Virus record (IMG/VR): IMGVR_UViG_3300044998_000395 | Location: 1 to 61,544 of that record | Strand: one strand, 5' to 3' | Source of the DNA: a virus | Lineage: Duplodnaviria; Caudoviricetes | DNA: 61,544 bases | In this document: one piece after another, positions 24,815 to 33,957 of the stretch | Position numbering within the stretch: the stretch's first letter is position 1 | Layout: each line of letters begins with the position of its first letter | The notes under the pieces: model-generated | Told to the model about the DNA's origin: nothing | Seen by the model: only the letters and a program-made list of their open reading frames with translations | Database searches by the model: none | Program-made: the position numbers and the translations under genes

Positions 24815-26108
24815 CGTGTGAACCACGGAATCCGGTCTCGTCGTAGCGCCACGCCTCAACTGACTTCATCGGCTCGCCGATGAGGCCGCCCTTGTGGTGC
24901 CACGCGTCCACGTTGCAGAGAGCGGGGTTACGCCGCACGAGCAGCCCGTTCGTCGGCGTGACGCCTTCATACTGCTTCTCCCAGCGCTGGTGCAGGTGAC
25001 CGACTTGCACCTCGCGGTAGGTGCTTCGTGCCCAGAGGTCCTTGAACTCCGTCGCGAGGATTGTGTTCAGCTGGTTGGGCTTGCAGTCTTGCCCGTGGTC
25101 GAACACGACCATCGAGCCGCCGTGCATTATCGCCTTCCTGGGGTTCATGGCGAGGTCCATCGTGAACCGCTTCTCGTTGCGGTACCGCTCGGCCAAGGCC
25201 ACACACATCGCGAAGCTCGACGTTACGTCGTGGTTGCCCGGCACGTAGAGCGCGTCTACCTTCGCGCCGACCTCGAGCGCCCGCTGCACCATGTACACTT
25301 GACAGCGCAGCCCTTCGAGGAACACCTTGCTGTACCGCGTGTCGGTGTCAAGGAAGTGCGTGCCGTGCGTCGTGGTGTGACGCACAGAGTCGAAGTGCAT
25401 GAAGTCGTTGCCCACGGGCATGACGATGCGCTGCACGTTGTACATCGAGAGCTCGCGCACCATGTCGTCGACTGAGTTCATGACTCGACGCACGGCGATC
25501 TCGAGGTCGAAGCTCGCACCGACTTCCTTGTCCCATGCGTACATTCCGAGGTGCGCGTCCCAGAGGCCCCACACCACCATGAACGGCTCGCCGCTGGGCT
25601 GCATGCGCTTGCCCATCGGCGGCACGGGAGCGGCGTGCTTCTGGGCGAAGGCGACGAGAGCAGCCGCCACGGGCTCCTGCACCTTGCGCTTCCACACCAC
25701 GCGCGTTTGGTAGAGCGTGACCTTCTTGTGGCCCTTCCCGTCGGCGAGCTTATAGAAGCCCTGCCATTCGTTCGCACGGAAGTACTCGCTCACCCACTCG
25801 TCGCGGTCGACGCCGAACAGCTCTGCCATCTCGTCGAGCGTCTTGGGCTTGTCGAGCGTCAAGATGCGCGTGCTGCCATCGACCTCGCGCTGGTCGATCG
25901 GAACGTTGAGCGGGTCAGTCGGCGCGCCTGCGCCGTTGACGAGCCTAAGCTTGGGCAGCTTGCCAGACCCGCCGTGCGCCTTTGCGTAGCGGTGCGCGGT
26001 CGCGACGTCGATGCCCAGCTGCTTCGCGATGTCACGGAACGAGTGTCCGCTCCTGCGCAGCCGCAGGATCTGCTCAATCTTCTTAGCGTCGAGCGATTTC
26101 GTCGGCAT
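24786..26108 (-). CDS. HTH-containing calcineurin-like metallophosphoesterase
   Basis: N-terminal HTH (SFRDIAKQLGIDVATAHRY), plus DAHLG, GNDFMH, PGNHD, DHG, GHLH motifs. Confidence 0.85.
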   Translation of the reverse strand: MPTKSLDAKKIEQILRLRRSGHSFRDIAKQLGIDVATAHRYAKAHGGSGKLPKLRLVNGAGAPTDPLNVPIDQREVDGSTRILTLDKPKTLDEMAELFGVDRDEWVSEYFRANEWQGFYKLADGKGHKKVTLYQTRVVWKRKVQEPVAAALVAFAQKHAAPVPPMGKRMQPSGEPFMVVWGLWDAHLGMYAWDKEVGASFDLEIAVRRVMNSVDDMVRELSMYNVQRIVMPVGNDFMHFDSVRHTTTHGTHFLDTDTRYSKVFLEGLRCQVYMVQRALEVGAKVDALYVPGNHDVTSSFAMCVALAERYRNEKRFTMDLAMNPRKAIMHGGSMVVFDHGQDCKPNQLNTILATEFKDLWARSTYREVQVGHLHQRWEKQYEGVTPTNGLLVRRNPALCNVDAWHHKGGLIGEPMKSVEAWRYDETGFRGSHVTWARDDQR

Positions 26109-26361
26109 GTGAGCTCCAGTTTGTATACAGGAAACTAGTTATGTCGACCGCAACCGCCAATCCAACCACTAGGCAGACAGCCAATACAACAGCTCTAGAA
26201 CAACAAACTCAACTTAGCCTACGTAGTGAGATAGATTGATAGAGTTTTCATGGTACTGGTCGTTGTCGATTTTCCGGTAGTGCTTTTCCGGTGAAGCGTG
26301 CAGTTTGGTGTCAGGGACTGGCTGAGCAAAACTAGTTTCCTGTATACAAACTGAAGCTCAC
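26109..26361. repeat. Non-coding element B, copy 1: AT-richer segment bounded by 32-bp inverted repeats
   Basis: 26109-26140 is the reverse complement of 26330-26361 with one mismatch. Confidence 0.85.
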
Positions 26362-26375
26362 GGGCTTGATCAGAA

Positions 26376-29186
26376 TCACCAAGTAAACACAGCGTATGCA
26401 TCGGAGCTCGAGCTCGGCGCATCAATCACGAGAACGCTCTCGCTCGCGTTCGTTCCAGCCTGCGTATGGCGGAACGTGAGCGTGTCGCCCGCGGTCACGC
26501 CGGCGAGTGTACCACTCGAGGCGCCGGCCGAGATCACGGTCGCGTATGCGCCACCATTGATGCTCGCCTCAACGACGCCCGTCGCTAGCACGGGCGAGAT
26601 GCTCAGCCCGTACGAGCCCGTCGTTGGCGCGGTGTAGCCAGAAGTCGCGACGTTGATGGCCCGCACCCCGGCGAAGAACGTCCCGCTCAGCGCGCTAGTG
26701 GTAGTGAAGTCCCACACCGTGTTCTGCAACGCCTCGAACACCGTGCCCTCGTAGGTGTGTCGCGTCTTCACGCTTACGCGAAGCGTGCTCGGGATCGCGC
26801 CGTTCGTTGCTCGCAGGATCTTTGCCCGCGTGACAGCCTGCGGGATCGTGCCCAGCCAGTCAGTCGTGAAGAGAAGCGTGTTCGTGCCCGCAGGATCATT
26901 ACGGAACTCCATCGCGTACTGAGTCGTGTTAGCCGTCGGGAAGTCAGCCGCGACGCTTGACGCGTCGTTGAGCACGCCCACGACTTCGTCGAAGGTGCGG
27001 TAGTCGCGCCTACGCCAAGTCAGGGACAAGCCCGAGTCGATGCTCGACGACCCAGTCGGGTAGCGCGTTCCGTTGATGCTGAGCTCGACGGGCGGGTACG
27101 GCTTGCGCGCTCGGTCCGCCATCGTAAGCGAGATCTGGGTTGCGCCCGACTCGGACAGCGTGTTGGTTCGCGACTGCGTCTGGAGCCGCACGTGCACGTT
27201 ATGGCCGCGCGGGATCGCGACGTCAGCGATGGTTCCGCGCACCAGCCAGACACGCGCGCCGGCCGCGTGATTCGCGGGCGCTGTGTCGCACAGGCCGCGC
27301 CACACCGTGTTGAGCGTAAGAGTCGACCCGCCGTCAACGAATGCGTCGCAGGCGACGAACTCGTTGTCGATCAGGAAGAGGTTCGTCAAGTTGCTGCCGA
27401 CGTCGGCCGCGCCCGGGCTCTGCGTGAGCTTTGCCTTGAGCCGCGCCACGGTGTCCGGGTTGGGCAGGACGACGACGCCGCTGTGCGGGTTCGTAGCGCC
27501 CGCGCTCATCGACGACTGGAGTTCGCCGGCGAGGATGAACTCAGACCCAGTGCCTGCGTTCGTGAACACGCCGCTCGGGGTCGACGCCGAGCTGCGCTGC
27601 AGGAGGTTGTACCGTGCAGCCCTATCGCCCTGCTTGCGGCCCGAGGCCCACACGCGGTCGATCACGCCGGGCTGGTCCGGGTCTCGACGACAGAACGCGA
27701 GCGGCGCCTCGAAGACGCAGTTGTCGCCCGACGGGATCGCGACGAGCGTGTCGCTGGGCCGCGTCCACGACGTCGCGGGCGGATCGGCGAAGGCGCCGGA
27801 GTCGTACGTGAACACGTCTTGCACGAGGTTGAGCGTGATCTCGCCGTTCGCATGCGTGCCGTAGTCCGCGTTCGTCACGCGCATCGGCAGCTGCGTGATC
27901 CCAAGCGTCGAGTTTGTCCACGCGATCACCATGCCCGGGACGACGTTATAGAACTCGCGGTTGACGACGAGCGTCGCCTTCGCGAGCGGGAAGCTCAGCC
28001 CACGCAGCGTCCGCGCCGCGATGTCGTTCGCCGTCTTCGCCACCTTCACGCCCGGGAACCGCTGCGTCACGCTAACGTTCAAGCCGCCCTGCGTGAACTG
28101 GTTGGCCGTATCCTGGGCGAACGCCGACGTGTCGAAGTAGTCACGCGCCCGGTCGCTGTACTCGACTCGCACTTGGTTCGTCGTGTCGTCCCACGAGCCT
28201 CGCGAGAAGTCCTTCACCTCGATCACGTTCGAGTCGTCGGCCTGCGGCACGCTGCCGATGAGGTAGTCCGCCCGCGCGAGGATGACCTTCCACTTGCCCG
28301 AGTTCGGGTCGAGGTACACGACGCCGTCGATCTGTTGCTGGATGAGATCGAGCAGTTCCTTCGCCTCCATCGGCGAGTCGAGCACGAAGCTGAAGCCGTT
28401 ACCTTCCGTGCGCAGCGTGTTAGCCGCGTTCGTGAAGTTAGCAACGTCGATGTCGCCGGCCGGGAAGCCGAGGCCCCAGTCAGTGTTCGTCATGATCTCG
28501 TAGATCACGTTCATCGGGTTAGCGTCGGCGTTCGAGTTGACGCCGGGCGTGCCGAGCCCAAGGCCGTTCGGGATGCGGCGCACCTCGAAGGCCCACGGCG
28601 CGATGCTCGTGGAGTTACCGAAGTAGAACTGACGGGTGACGACGTAGGTCGTGCCGCGGTAACCCGGGCACGGCGACTGGAAGTCGTCGAGGTACGGGTC
28701 CGCGCCCTGCAGCTCGTCGCCCATGTACACCGCGACGTCGCCGCTGATGCCACCGCTGCCGAGTTCGTCGCCGCCGAAGAGGTTCGGCTGGCTGATGTTG
28801 ATCACGCTGTCAGTAGACGTGACGGTCGTGAACACTTCCTTGTCGGCTACCCAGATGCGACGCAGCGAGTCAATCTTGCCGCGGCACAGCGCCATCTGCA
28901 CGCCGAGGTAGTAGCGGTACCCGGTCGTCACCTTGCTCGAGGAGAAGAGGCCGGTCTTGACCTTCTTAGTGATGCCTTCCTGTTGGAAGTCCCCGTACCA
29001 CACGACGTTAGGCGCCTCGAGCTTCACGGTGCCCCACACGATCGGGACGACGCGGCCCTCGGTGGCGGTCGGGAACCGGAAGTCGCCGAGGCTCGCGGGC
29101 TTGGCGTTCTCCACCTTCGGCTTTGGGCGGAGGAACTCACTGAGCACGAAGACGACGGCGTACAGCGCTAGCGTGAGGAAGAACAT
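26376..29186 (-). CDS. Tail tip / central tail fibre (host-specificity) protein
   Basis: FPTATEGRVVPIVWGT, PGYRG, DANP..VIYEIMTN.DWGLG. Last gene of the tail cluster. Confidence 0.85.
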   Translation of the reverse strand: MFFLTLALYAVVFVLSEFLRPKPKVENAKPASLGDFRFPTATEGRVVPIVWGTVKLEAPNVVWYGDFQQEGITKKVKTGLFSSSKVTTGYRYYLGVQMALCRGKIDSLRRIWVADKEVFTTVTSTDSVINISQPNLFGGDELGSGGISGDVAVYMGDELQGADPYLDDFQSPCPGYRGTTYVVTRQFYFGNSTSIAPWAFEVRRIPNGLGLGTPGVNSNADANPMNVIYEIMTNTDWGLGFPAGDIDVANFTNAANTLRTEGNGFSFVLDSPMEAKELLDLIQQQIDGVVYLDPNSGKWKVILARADYLIGSVPQADDSNVIEVKDFSRGSWDDTTNQVRVEYSDRARDYFDTSAFAQDTANQFTQGGLNVSVTQRFPGVKVAKTANDIAARTLRGLSFPLAKATLVVNREFYNVVPGMVIAWTNSTLGITQLPMRVTNADYGTHANGEITLNLVQDVFTYDSGAFADPPATSWTRPSDTLVAIPSGDNCVFEAPLAFCRRDPDQPGVIDRVWASGRKQGDRAARYNLLQRSSASTPSGVFTNAGTGSEFILAGELQSSMSAGATNPHSGVVVLPNPDTVARLKAKLTQSPGAADVGSNLTNLFLIDNEFVACDAFVDGGSTLTLNTVWRGLCDTAPANHAAGARVWLVRGTIADVAIPRGHNVHVRLQTQSRTNTLSESGATQISLTMADRARKPYPPVELSINGTRYPTGSSSIDSGLSLTWRRRDYRTFDEVVGVLNDASSVAADFPTANTTQYAMEFRNDPAGTNTLLFTTDWLGTIPQAVTRAKILRATNGAIPSTLRVSVKTRHTYEGTVFEALQNTVWDFTTTSALSGTFFAGVRAINVATSGYTAPTTGSYGLSISPVLATGVVEASINGGAYATVISAGASSGTLAGVTAGDTLTFRHTQAGTNASESVLVIDAPSSSSDAYAVFTW

Positions 29187-29993
29187 TCAGTCAATCCCCT
29201 TGCGGAAGATGTCCTGCAGCGGCACGAACGCGAAGCCGCCGAAGTTGTCTTTGTTCGAGAACTTGCTGTTGCACGTCGCCAGTGAGTGGTCGCACCCAGC
29301 AAACACGTCCACGGTCTGGTTGAGCACCGTGTCGGAGAACGGGTACCACAGCGTCAGCACGTCTCCGGTCTGCGAACGGATGAACCGGTACTCGCTAGTG
29401 CCGAAGGCGACGAACCCGCCGTTCGCCCAGTTACTGCCCTTCGCCGCGCCGAGGCCGGGCACGGTGATCGTCACGCCGCTCACCGCGCTCGCGGTGCCTG
29501 TGTACTTGAATAGGGACGAGGCGACCTTGCACCTTGCGTCGAAGAGCGCGTGATTGCACAGGCCCTGGAACGTGAAGCGCGGGATCTGCCGCGACTGCGC
29601 CGCTTGGAGCGGGAGCACGGCGATCGACGAAGCGCTGCCGTCAGTCGTGAAGGCGACGGACTGCACCATCCCTTTGAAGATCACGACGGTCTCGCCATCG
29701 TCGCGATGGAGTCGCTTCACGGTCAACGAAGCCCGCCGGCTGGGCAGGTTCTCGATGAACTGCTTCGGGAACGGGTGGTCGCTAGGCAGCGTCACCTCGA
29801 TCATCTCGGCCGGGGTCTCCTTGCCGAGCTGCACGCTCGTGCGCGTGATGGCGGCAGACTGGTACGTATTAGGCAGCACGACTTGGTCGCCTTCAGCGTC
29901 AGTAAGGTACCACGTCTCGGCGCCGAGCGAGATCTCGAAGAGCTCGATTGGCTGTCCGCCCTGCTGGCTGATTTCCCTCGCGTCGTACGTCAC
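29187..29993 (-). CDS. Tail hub / DUF2163-BR0599-like tail protein
   Basis: CNHALFD.RC and AGCDHSLATC..KF.N..NFGGF.F.P. Confidence 0.85.
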   Translation of the reverse strand: MTYDAREISQQGGQPIELFEISLGAETWYLTDAEGDQVVLPNTYQSAAITRTSVQLGKETPAEMIEVTLPSDHPFPKQFIENLPSRRASLTVKRLHRDDGETVVIFKGMVQSVAFTTDGSASSIAVLPLQAAQSRQIPRFTFQGLCNHALFDARCKVASSLFKYTGTASAVSGVTITVPGLGAAKGSNWANGGFVAFGTSEYRFIRSQTGDVLTLWYPFSDTVLNQTVDVFAGCDHSLATCNSKFSNKDNFGGFAFVPLQDIFRKGID

Positions 29994-31681
29994 TCGAAGA
30001 CTCCCTTCACTGGGAAGCTGACCTCGGCCTCGGTCGAGTTGAAGTGCGTGAACTCGATCTCGTCGCTGTCGACTCGGACGAGCTCGATGATCTCGATCCG
30101 GTCGATGGTGTTGAGCGGGATGTCAGCAGACCACGTCGTGTTGAGCGTCAGCTGCTCCTGGGTAGGCGACAGTTCAGACGCCGAGACCACTGTGCGAACG
30201 ATCTGCGTACCGTTCGTGAGGTTGACGCGAATGAGATTACGCGGCGCGCGCGACTGCACATACTTCGCGTATCCCGTGTTCTCGATCGTGAGCGTGCTCG
30301 CTCCGTTTGATGGCGCAATCGCGGCCGTGAGGTCCTTCGACCTGTTAGGCATGTAGAACGAGACCTGCCGACCTTTGAGCGCGTGCAGGAGCTGCCGCAC
30401 TTCCCACGTGCGCTGGAACGTGCGCGAGAAGAACGTCTTACCGCTGCTCTTCTTGCTATGGTCCCAGGAAGTGCGCTGCACCGGCACGCCTGTGTCGTTG
30501 TCGATCGTTGTGAGCCGCCGCTCGAGCGTCTCGTCGAGAGTCGAGTCTACGAAGTTGTTGTCGTCAAGCAGGACCTTAGAGTTCAGCGTTGCGAAGGCTG
30601 CCGTGCTCGCGAGGTCGACGTCGTTGTCAATCGTCGTGAATCGTATCCCGATCTCCGCGCCGTCAGCGACGTAGCGGCGGATCTGCATGCGTCCTTCAGC
30701 GATGGCGGTTCGCAGCGGGTACACCTTTGTACCGCGGGCGTAGGCATTCGTAAGCGGCGAGGCGAACGTAAGCGAGGTTGCGCCAACGGCCGTGATCTCG
30801 ATGGCGTCGTACGTCGTGTCGTCCTGAAGGACGATCGCGAGACCGCCGACACGGTAGTCCGCGAAGCTCGTGGTGCCAACATTGATCGAAGTCTGCCCGG
30901 CTGTCGCGGCTGAAGTCAACTCGGTCGGCTCGTGCCACATCGGCAGGCCGAACACGCGGCCCTGCCAGTCGAACATCAGGTTGTCGATTCGCTGCCTTTG
31001 CGACCCGTCACGGACGATGAACGTGTGGTCGAACTGCTGCCTGGGCGCGCGACGAAGCGCAACTCGCTGCTCGCTGCCGTCAACGGCCTCCATGACCTGC
31101 GTCAAGAACTGCAAGCGCTCGATGACTGGTGCCTGAGGACGGAACGGGAACACGACGATGCGAGACCCTGTGACTGGCACCTCAGTCGTGTATACGTCGA
31201 AGACGAAGTCGAGCGTGTCGTCGATCTGGGCGGGACCGTTCGGGCTCACCGTCATCGTGAACGAGAACCCGCCCTGCGGCGGCAGCGTTGCTGGGATCGT
31301 CGGCAGCCCGGTGAACGTCACGCCGCTGCCGAGGTTATTGACGAGGTTCGTCCACGAACGGTTGCCCACAAGGTACGAGCTATACACGTCAAAGTCGACG
31401 ACGACGGGCGACAAGATGTTGCCCAGCGCGACCGACCGCGGTACGACGTGCACGCGGTCAAACCAGTCAGTTCGTACGCCGAAGTCAAGGTAGCCCGGGT
31501 AGTCGATCGTCGTGTACGGCACGTTGCCACCGAGTGCGTAGACGCCCGCCTCCGGGTACACGTTCGGTAGAGCGCCGCGCGTAAGCCCGAGCGGATGCGG
31601 ATGGTCAACGGCCTCCGGGACTTGGCCGTCGATGACCGCGAACTCGTGCCCGCTGAGGATTGTGCCTGGGAAGTCAGCCAT
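29990..31681 (-). CDS. Minor tail (distal tail-like) protein
   Basis: FLTQVMEAVDGSEQRVALRRAPRQ motif and position. Confidence 0.75.
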   Translation of the reverse strand: MADFPGTILSGHEFAVIDGQVPEAVDHPHPLGLTRGALPNVYPEAGVYALGGNVPYTTIDYPGYLDFGVRTDWFDRVHVVPRSVALGNILSPVVVDFDVYSSYLVGNRSWTNLVNNLGSGVTFTGLPTIPATLPPQGGFSFTMTVSPNGPAQIDDTLDFVFDVYTTEVPVTGSRIVVFPFRPQAPVIERLQFLTQVMEAVDGSEQRVALRRAPRQQFDHTFIVRDGSQRQRIDNLMFDWQGRVFGLPMWHEPTELTSAATAGQTSINVGTTSFADYRVGGLAIVLQDDTTYDAIEITAVGATSLTFASPLTNAYARGTKVYPLRTAIAEGRMQIRRYVADGAEIGIRFTTIDNDVDLASTAAFATLNSKVLLDDNNFVDSTLDETLERRLTTIDNDTGVPVQRTSWDHSKKSSGKTFFSRTFQRTWEVRQLLHALKGRQVSFYMPNRSKDLTAAIAPSNGASTLTIENTGYAKYVQSRAPRNLIRVNLTNGTQIVRTVVSASELSPTQEQLTLNTTWSADIPLNTIDRIEIIELVRVDSDEIEFTHFNSTEAEVSFPVKGVFE

Positions 31682-32667
31682 TAGACGATCTTCTTATACG
31701 CGACACCAGCGTTCTCAGAGCGGTCGCCAGACCCACCGACCTGCTTACGGATCATCGGGAATACCTTCCACGTGTCAGACCCGACGGTGAACTCCTGGCC
31801 GGGCGTGAAGTTCGCCATCTGCATAATGCGCACGTCCGGTGCGTAGCCCAGCAGCATCACTTGGTTGGGAGTAGGCGTCGTGTTAGCCCAGTGGATCGGG
31901 ATCTTGAACATCGGGACATACCCTGCGTTCGGCGACGCCCGTGGGAACGCGAACGCCGTCTCAGTGTTGTCGAACCCGGTAGCCCCTCCTCGCAGGTTGA
32001 TGACGTTGTTACCGGCCGTGTCTGGGTTGAGAAAGCTGCTGGACTGCGAGAACACGGCCCAGGTCATGCCGCCCGACTGGTTAGGCATCCCTGAGACGCG
32101 CATCGTCGACTTCTCGTCGCCTTGCGCCGTCGTGGACTGCCCGCTGCGTGAATCCCAGAGGAAGTTGTTAGTCGCGGCTCCACCAAACCCGTTGGCCCAC
32201 TGCGTGTGAACGACGTACTCCCCGCCGGTCCACGTTCCGATCTTCTCGATCGTGCCACAACCGAAGTGTCGGAACAAGCCAGGGCTGTACTCGAGCACCG
32301 CGTGGATGTACGGCGAGTCGGTTGACTGCGAGAAGAGAGTGAGTGCGGTGTACGGCCCGTCACCGATGCTCGTGAGACGTCGCTCGAGGGTAACAGCCCC
32401 GGTCGTAACTTGGCCGCGACCGGAGTCGCCTGGGTGCTGGCCGACGTTATTGCCGCTAGTGTAGCCCGTGGACTGGTACAGTCCGATGACGCCGCCAGAC
32501 GCGGCAGCCGACCAGCGGAACCCCATGAACACGGTCCCGCGCGAGATGACAGCCCGGCGGTTCACTGTGTCGAGTTCGTTCTGCGTCCAGCCGTTAGCGA
32601 CGGCGAAGTTTACGAACTGCGTTACGACGTCCTGCTGACTCGTCGCGACGCCTGTCTGGTAAGCCAT
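31681..32667 (-). CDS. Virion structural (minor tail) protein
   Basis: MAYQTG...FAVANGWT. Beta-rich, downstream of the tape measure gene. Confidence 0.7.
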   Translation of the reverse strand: MAYQTGVATSQQDVVTQFVNFAVANGWTQNELDTVNRRAVISRGTVFMGFRWSAAASGGVIGLYQSTGYTSGNNVGQHPGDSGRGQVTTGAVTLERRLTSIGDGPYTALTLFSQSTDSPYIHAVLEYSPGLFRHFGCGTIEKIGTWTGGEYVVHTQWANGFGGAATNNFLWDSRSGQSTTAQGDEKSTMRVSGMPNQSGGMTWAVFSQSSSFLNPDTAGNNVINLRGGATGFDNTETAFAFPRASPNAGYVPMFKIPIHWANTTPTPNQVMLLGYAPDVRIMQMANFTPGQEFTVGSDTWKVFPMIRKQVGGSGDRSENAGVAYKKIV

Positions 32668-32668
32668 C

Positions 32669-33955
32669 TTAGCCCTCCTTCACTGCAAACTTCGCCCAGT
32701 TGTCCGTGCGCGCGCCGCACTGGAAGACGCGGTAGCGCTGCGTGCCGACTGTGATTGTGTCGTTCGGCACGACGCCGCCCTGTGCGTCGAACCAGAAGAG
32801 CCCATCGACCTCGCCCAGGATGCCGAAGCCACTTCCGGAGTTGACCAGCGAGCACGGACGAAGGATGTACAAGTCCCCGCCGGAGTTCGTCGTCCGGATT
32901 AGACGCGACGTCTGTGTACCCGGGTTACCGGCTCCAGGAACGAAGTCACTCGCGTCAACGACGCCCGTGGAGATGTTAGGCCAGTTGTCGCCGGCGTCGT
33001 ACGGCGGGCTTCCATCGACCCCGGTAGGAAACACAAAAGTGCCACCCGACTCGGCTGACCGAGCAGTACCAGACCACGCCGAGTTGCTGACGCGACCCCA
33101 GACTCCGCCGGGAAGACGAACGTATGCCGGGCCGATGGAGCTCGTCGAGAAGCGCACCGGGTCGCTGATGCCGGAGTGGTGAATGCTCGAGCTCGACGCC
33201 AGCATGTCCCATTCGTTCGTCGTGCCGCATACAAACAGCGGGTACGGGTACTCGCCCGCGGTGCCAAACCGGTTCAAGAACCCGAGGTGCATACTCGGGT
33301 AGTTAGACCCGATCTTGAACATCGCGACGATTCGGTACGGCGTGACGCTGACCCAGAAGTCAATCGTGCTCGTCGTAAGCGGGACGTAGCAGCCTTGATC
33401 GTTCGCCGTCGTGAAGCGACCCGGGCTGATGCCTGGCTGGTTGTCCCACGTGTTGCCGGACTGGAAGCCAGTCGCGCCCATGAGCTCGAAGTTACGAGCA
33501 CCAGACGGCACGTCGCTGAAGGTCCTCCACCCGACGATGATCGCGTCACTACCGGAGCCCGCACCCTCGACGATGACCTCGCGTTCACCGGAACCGCCGA
33601 CATTCGTCGAGCGCCGCGACGTCCAGCCGTTCGTGCCCATCGTCAAGTTGATGGTACAGCCTGAGCCAGCGCCCGTATCAGTCACGGCGTTGCCCGTCAT
33701 AGTAGGGTTCACCGTGTAGAGGCCAGCATTGATGATACGGACGGCCGTCACGGCGCCGCCACCATCGACGGTGACGACTTGCAGCTGAGCAGTAATCGTC
33801 GCGGTACCACCTGCGACTGTGAGCACATCGCCGACCGAGTATCCCGTGCCAGCAGCGTTGATCGCAACGCTCTGCACTGACGTGCCGGTGACGATGTTGT
33901 GCAGCATGTCGGCCATCGCCTGATGGCCAGTCACGGTGCCTAGGATCCACGCCAT
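32669..33955 (-). CDS. Virion structural (minor tail) protein
   Basis: AGTGYSVGD repeat-like motif, EYPYPLFVCG, LGEVDGLFW and position. Confidence 0.7.
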   Translation of the reverse strand: MAWILGTVTGHQAMADMLHNIVTGTSVQSVAINAAGTGYSVGDVLTVAGGTATITAQLQVVTVDGGGAVTAVRIINAGLYTVNPTMTGNAVTDTGAGSGCTINLTMGTNGWTSRRSTNVGGSGEREVIVEGAGSGSDAIIVGWRTFSDVPSGARNFELMGATGFQSGNTWDNQPGISPGRFTTANDQGCYVPLTTSTIDFWVSVTPYRIVAMFKIGSNYPSMHLGFLNRFGTAGEYPYPLFVCGTTNEWDMLASSSSIHHSGISDPVRFSTSSIGPAYVRLPGGVWGRVSNSAWSGTARSAESGGTFVFPTGVDGSPPYDAGDNWPNISTGVVDASDFVPGAGNPGTQTSRLIRTTNSGGDLYILRPCSLVNSGSGFGILGEVDGLFWFDAQGGVVPNDTITVGTQRYRVFQCGARTDNWAKFAVKEG

Positions 33956-33957
33956 GC

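Noticed and set aside
27192-29171. Long plus-strand ORFs (e.g. 27192-29171, 21580-22776, 59801-61078, 6417-7472)
   Set aside because: Antisense shadows of well-supported minus-strand genes, expected with high-GC codon bias. They show no motifs
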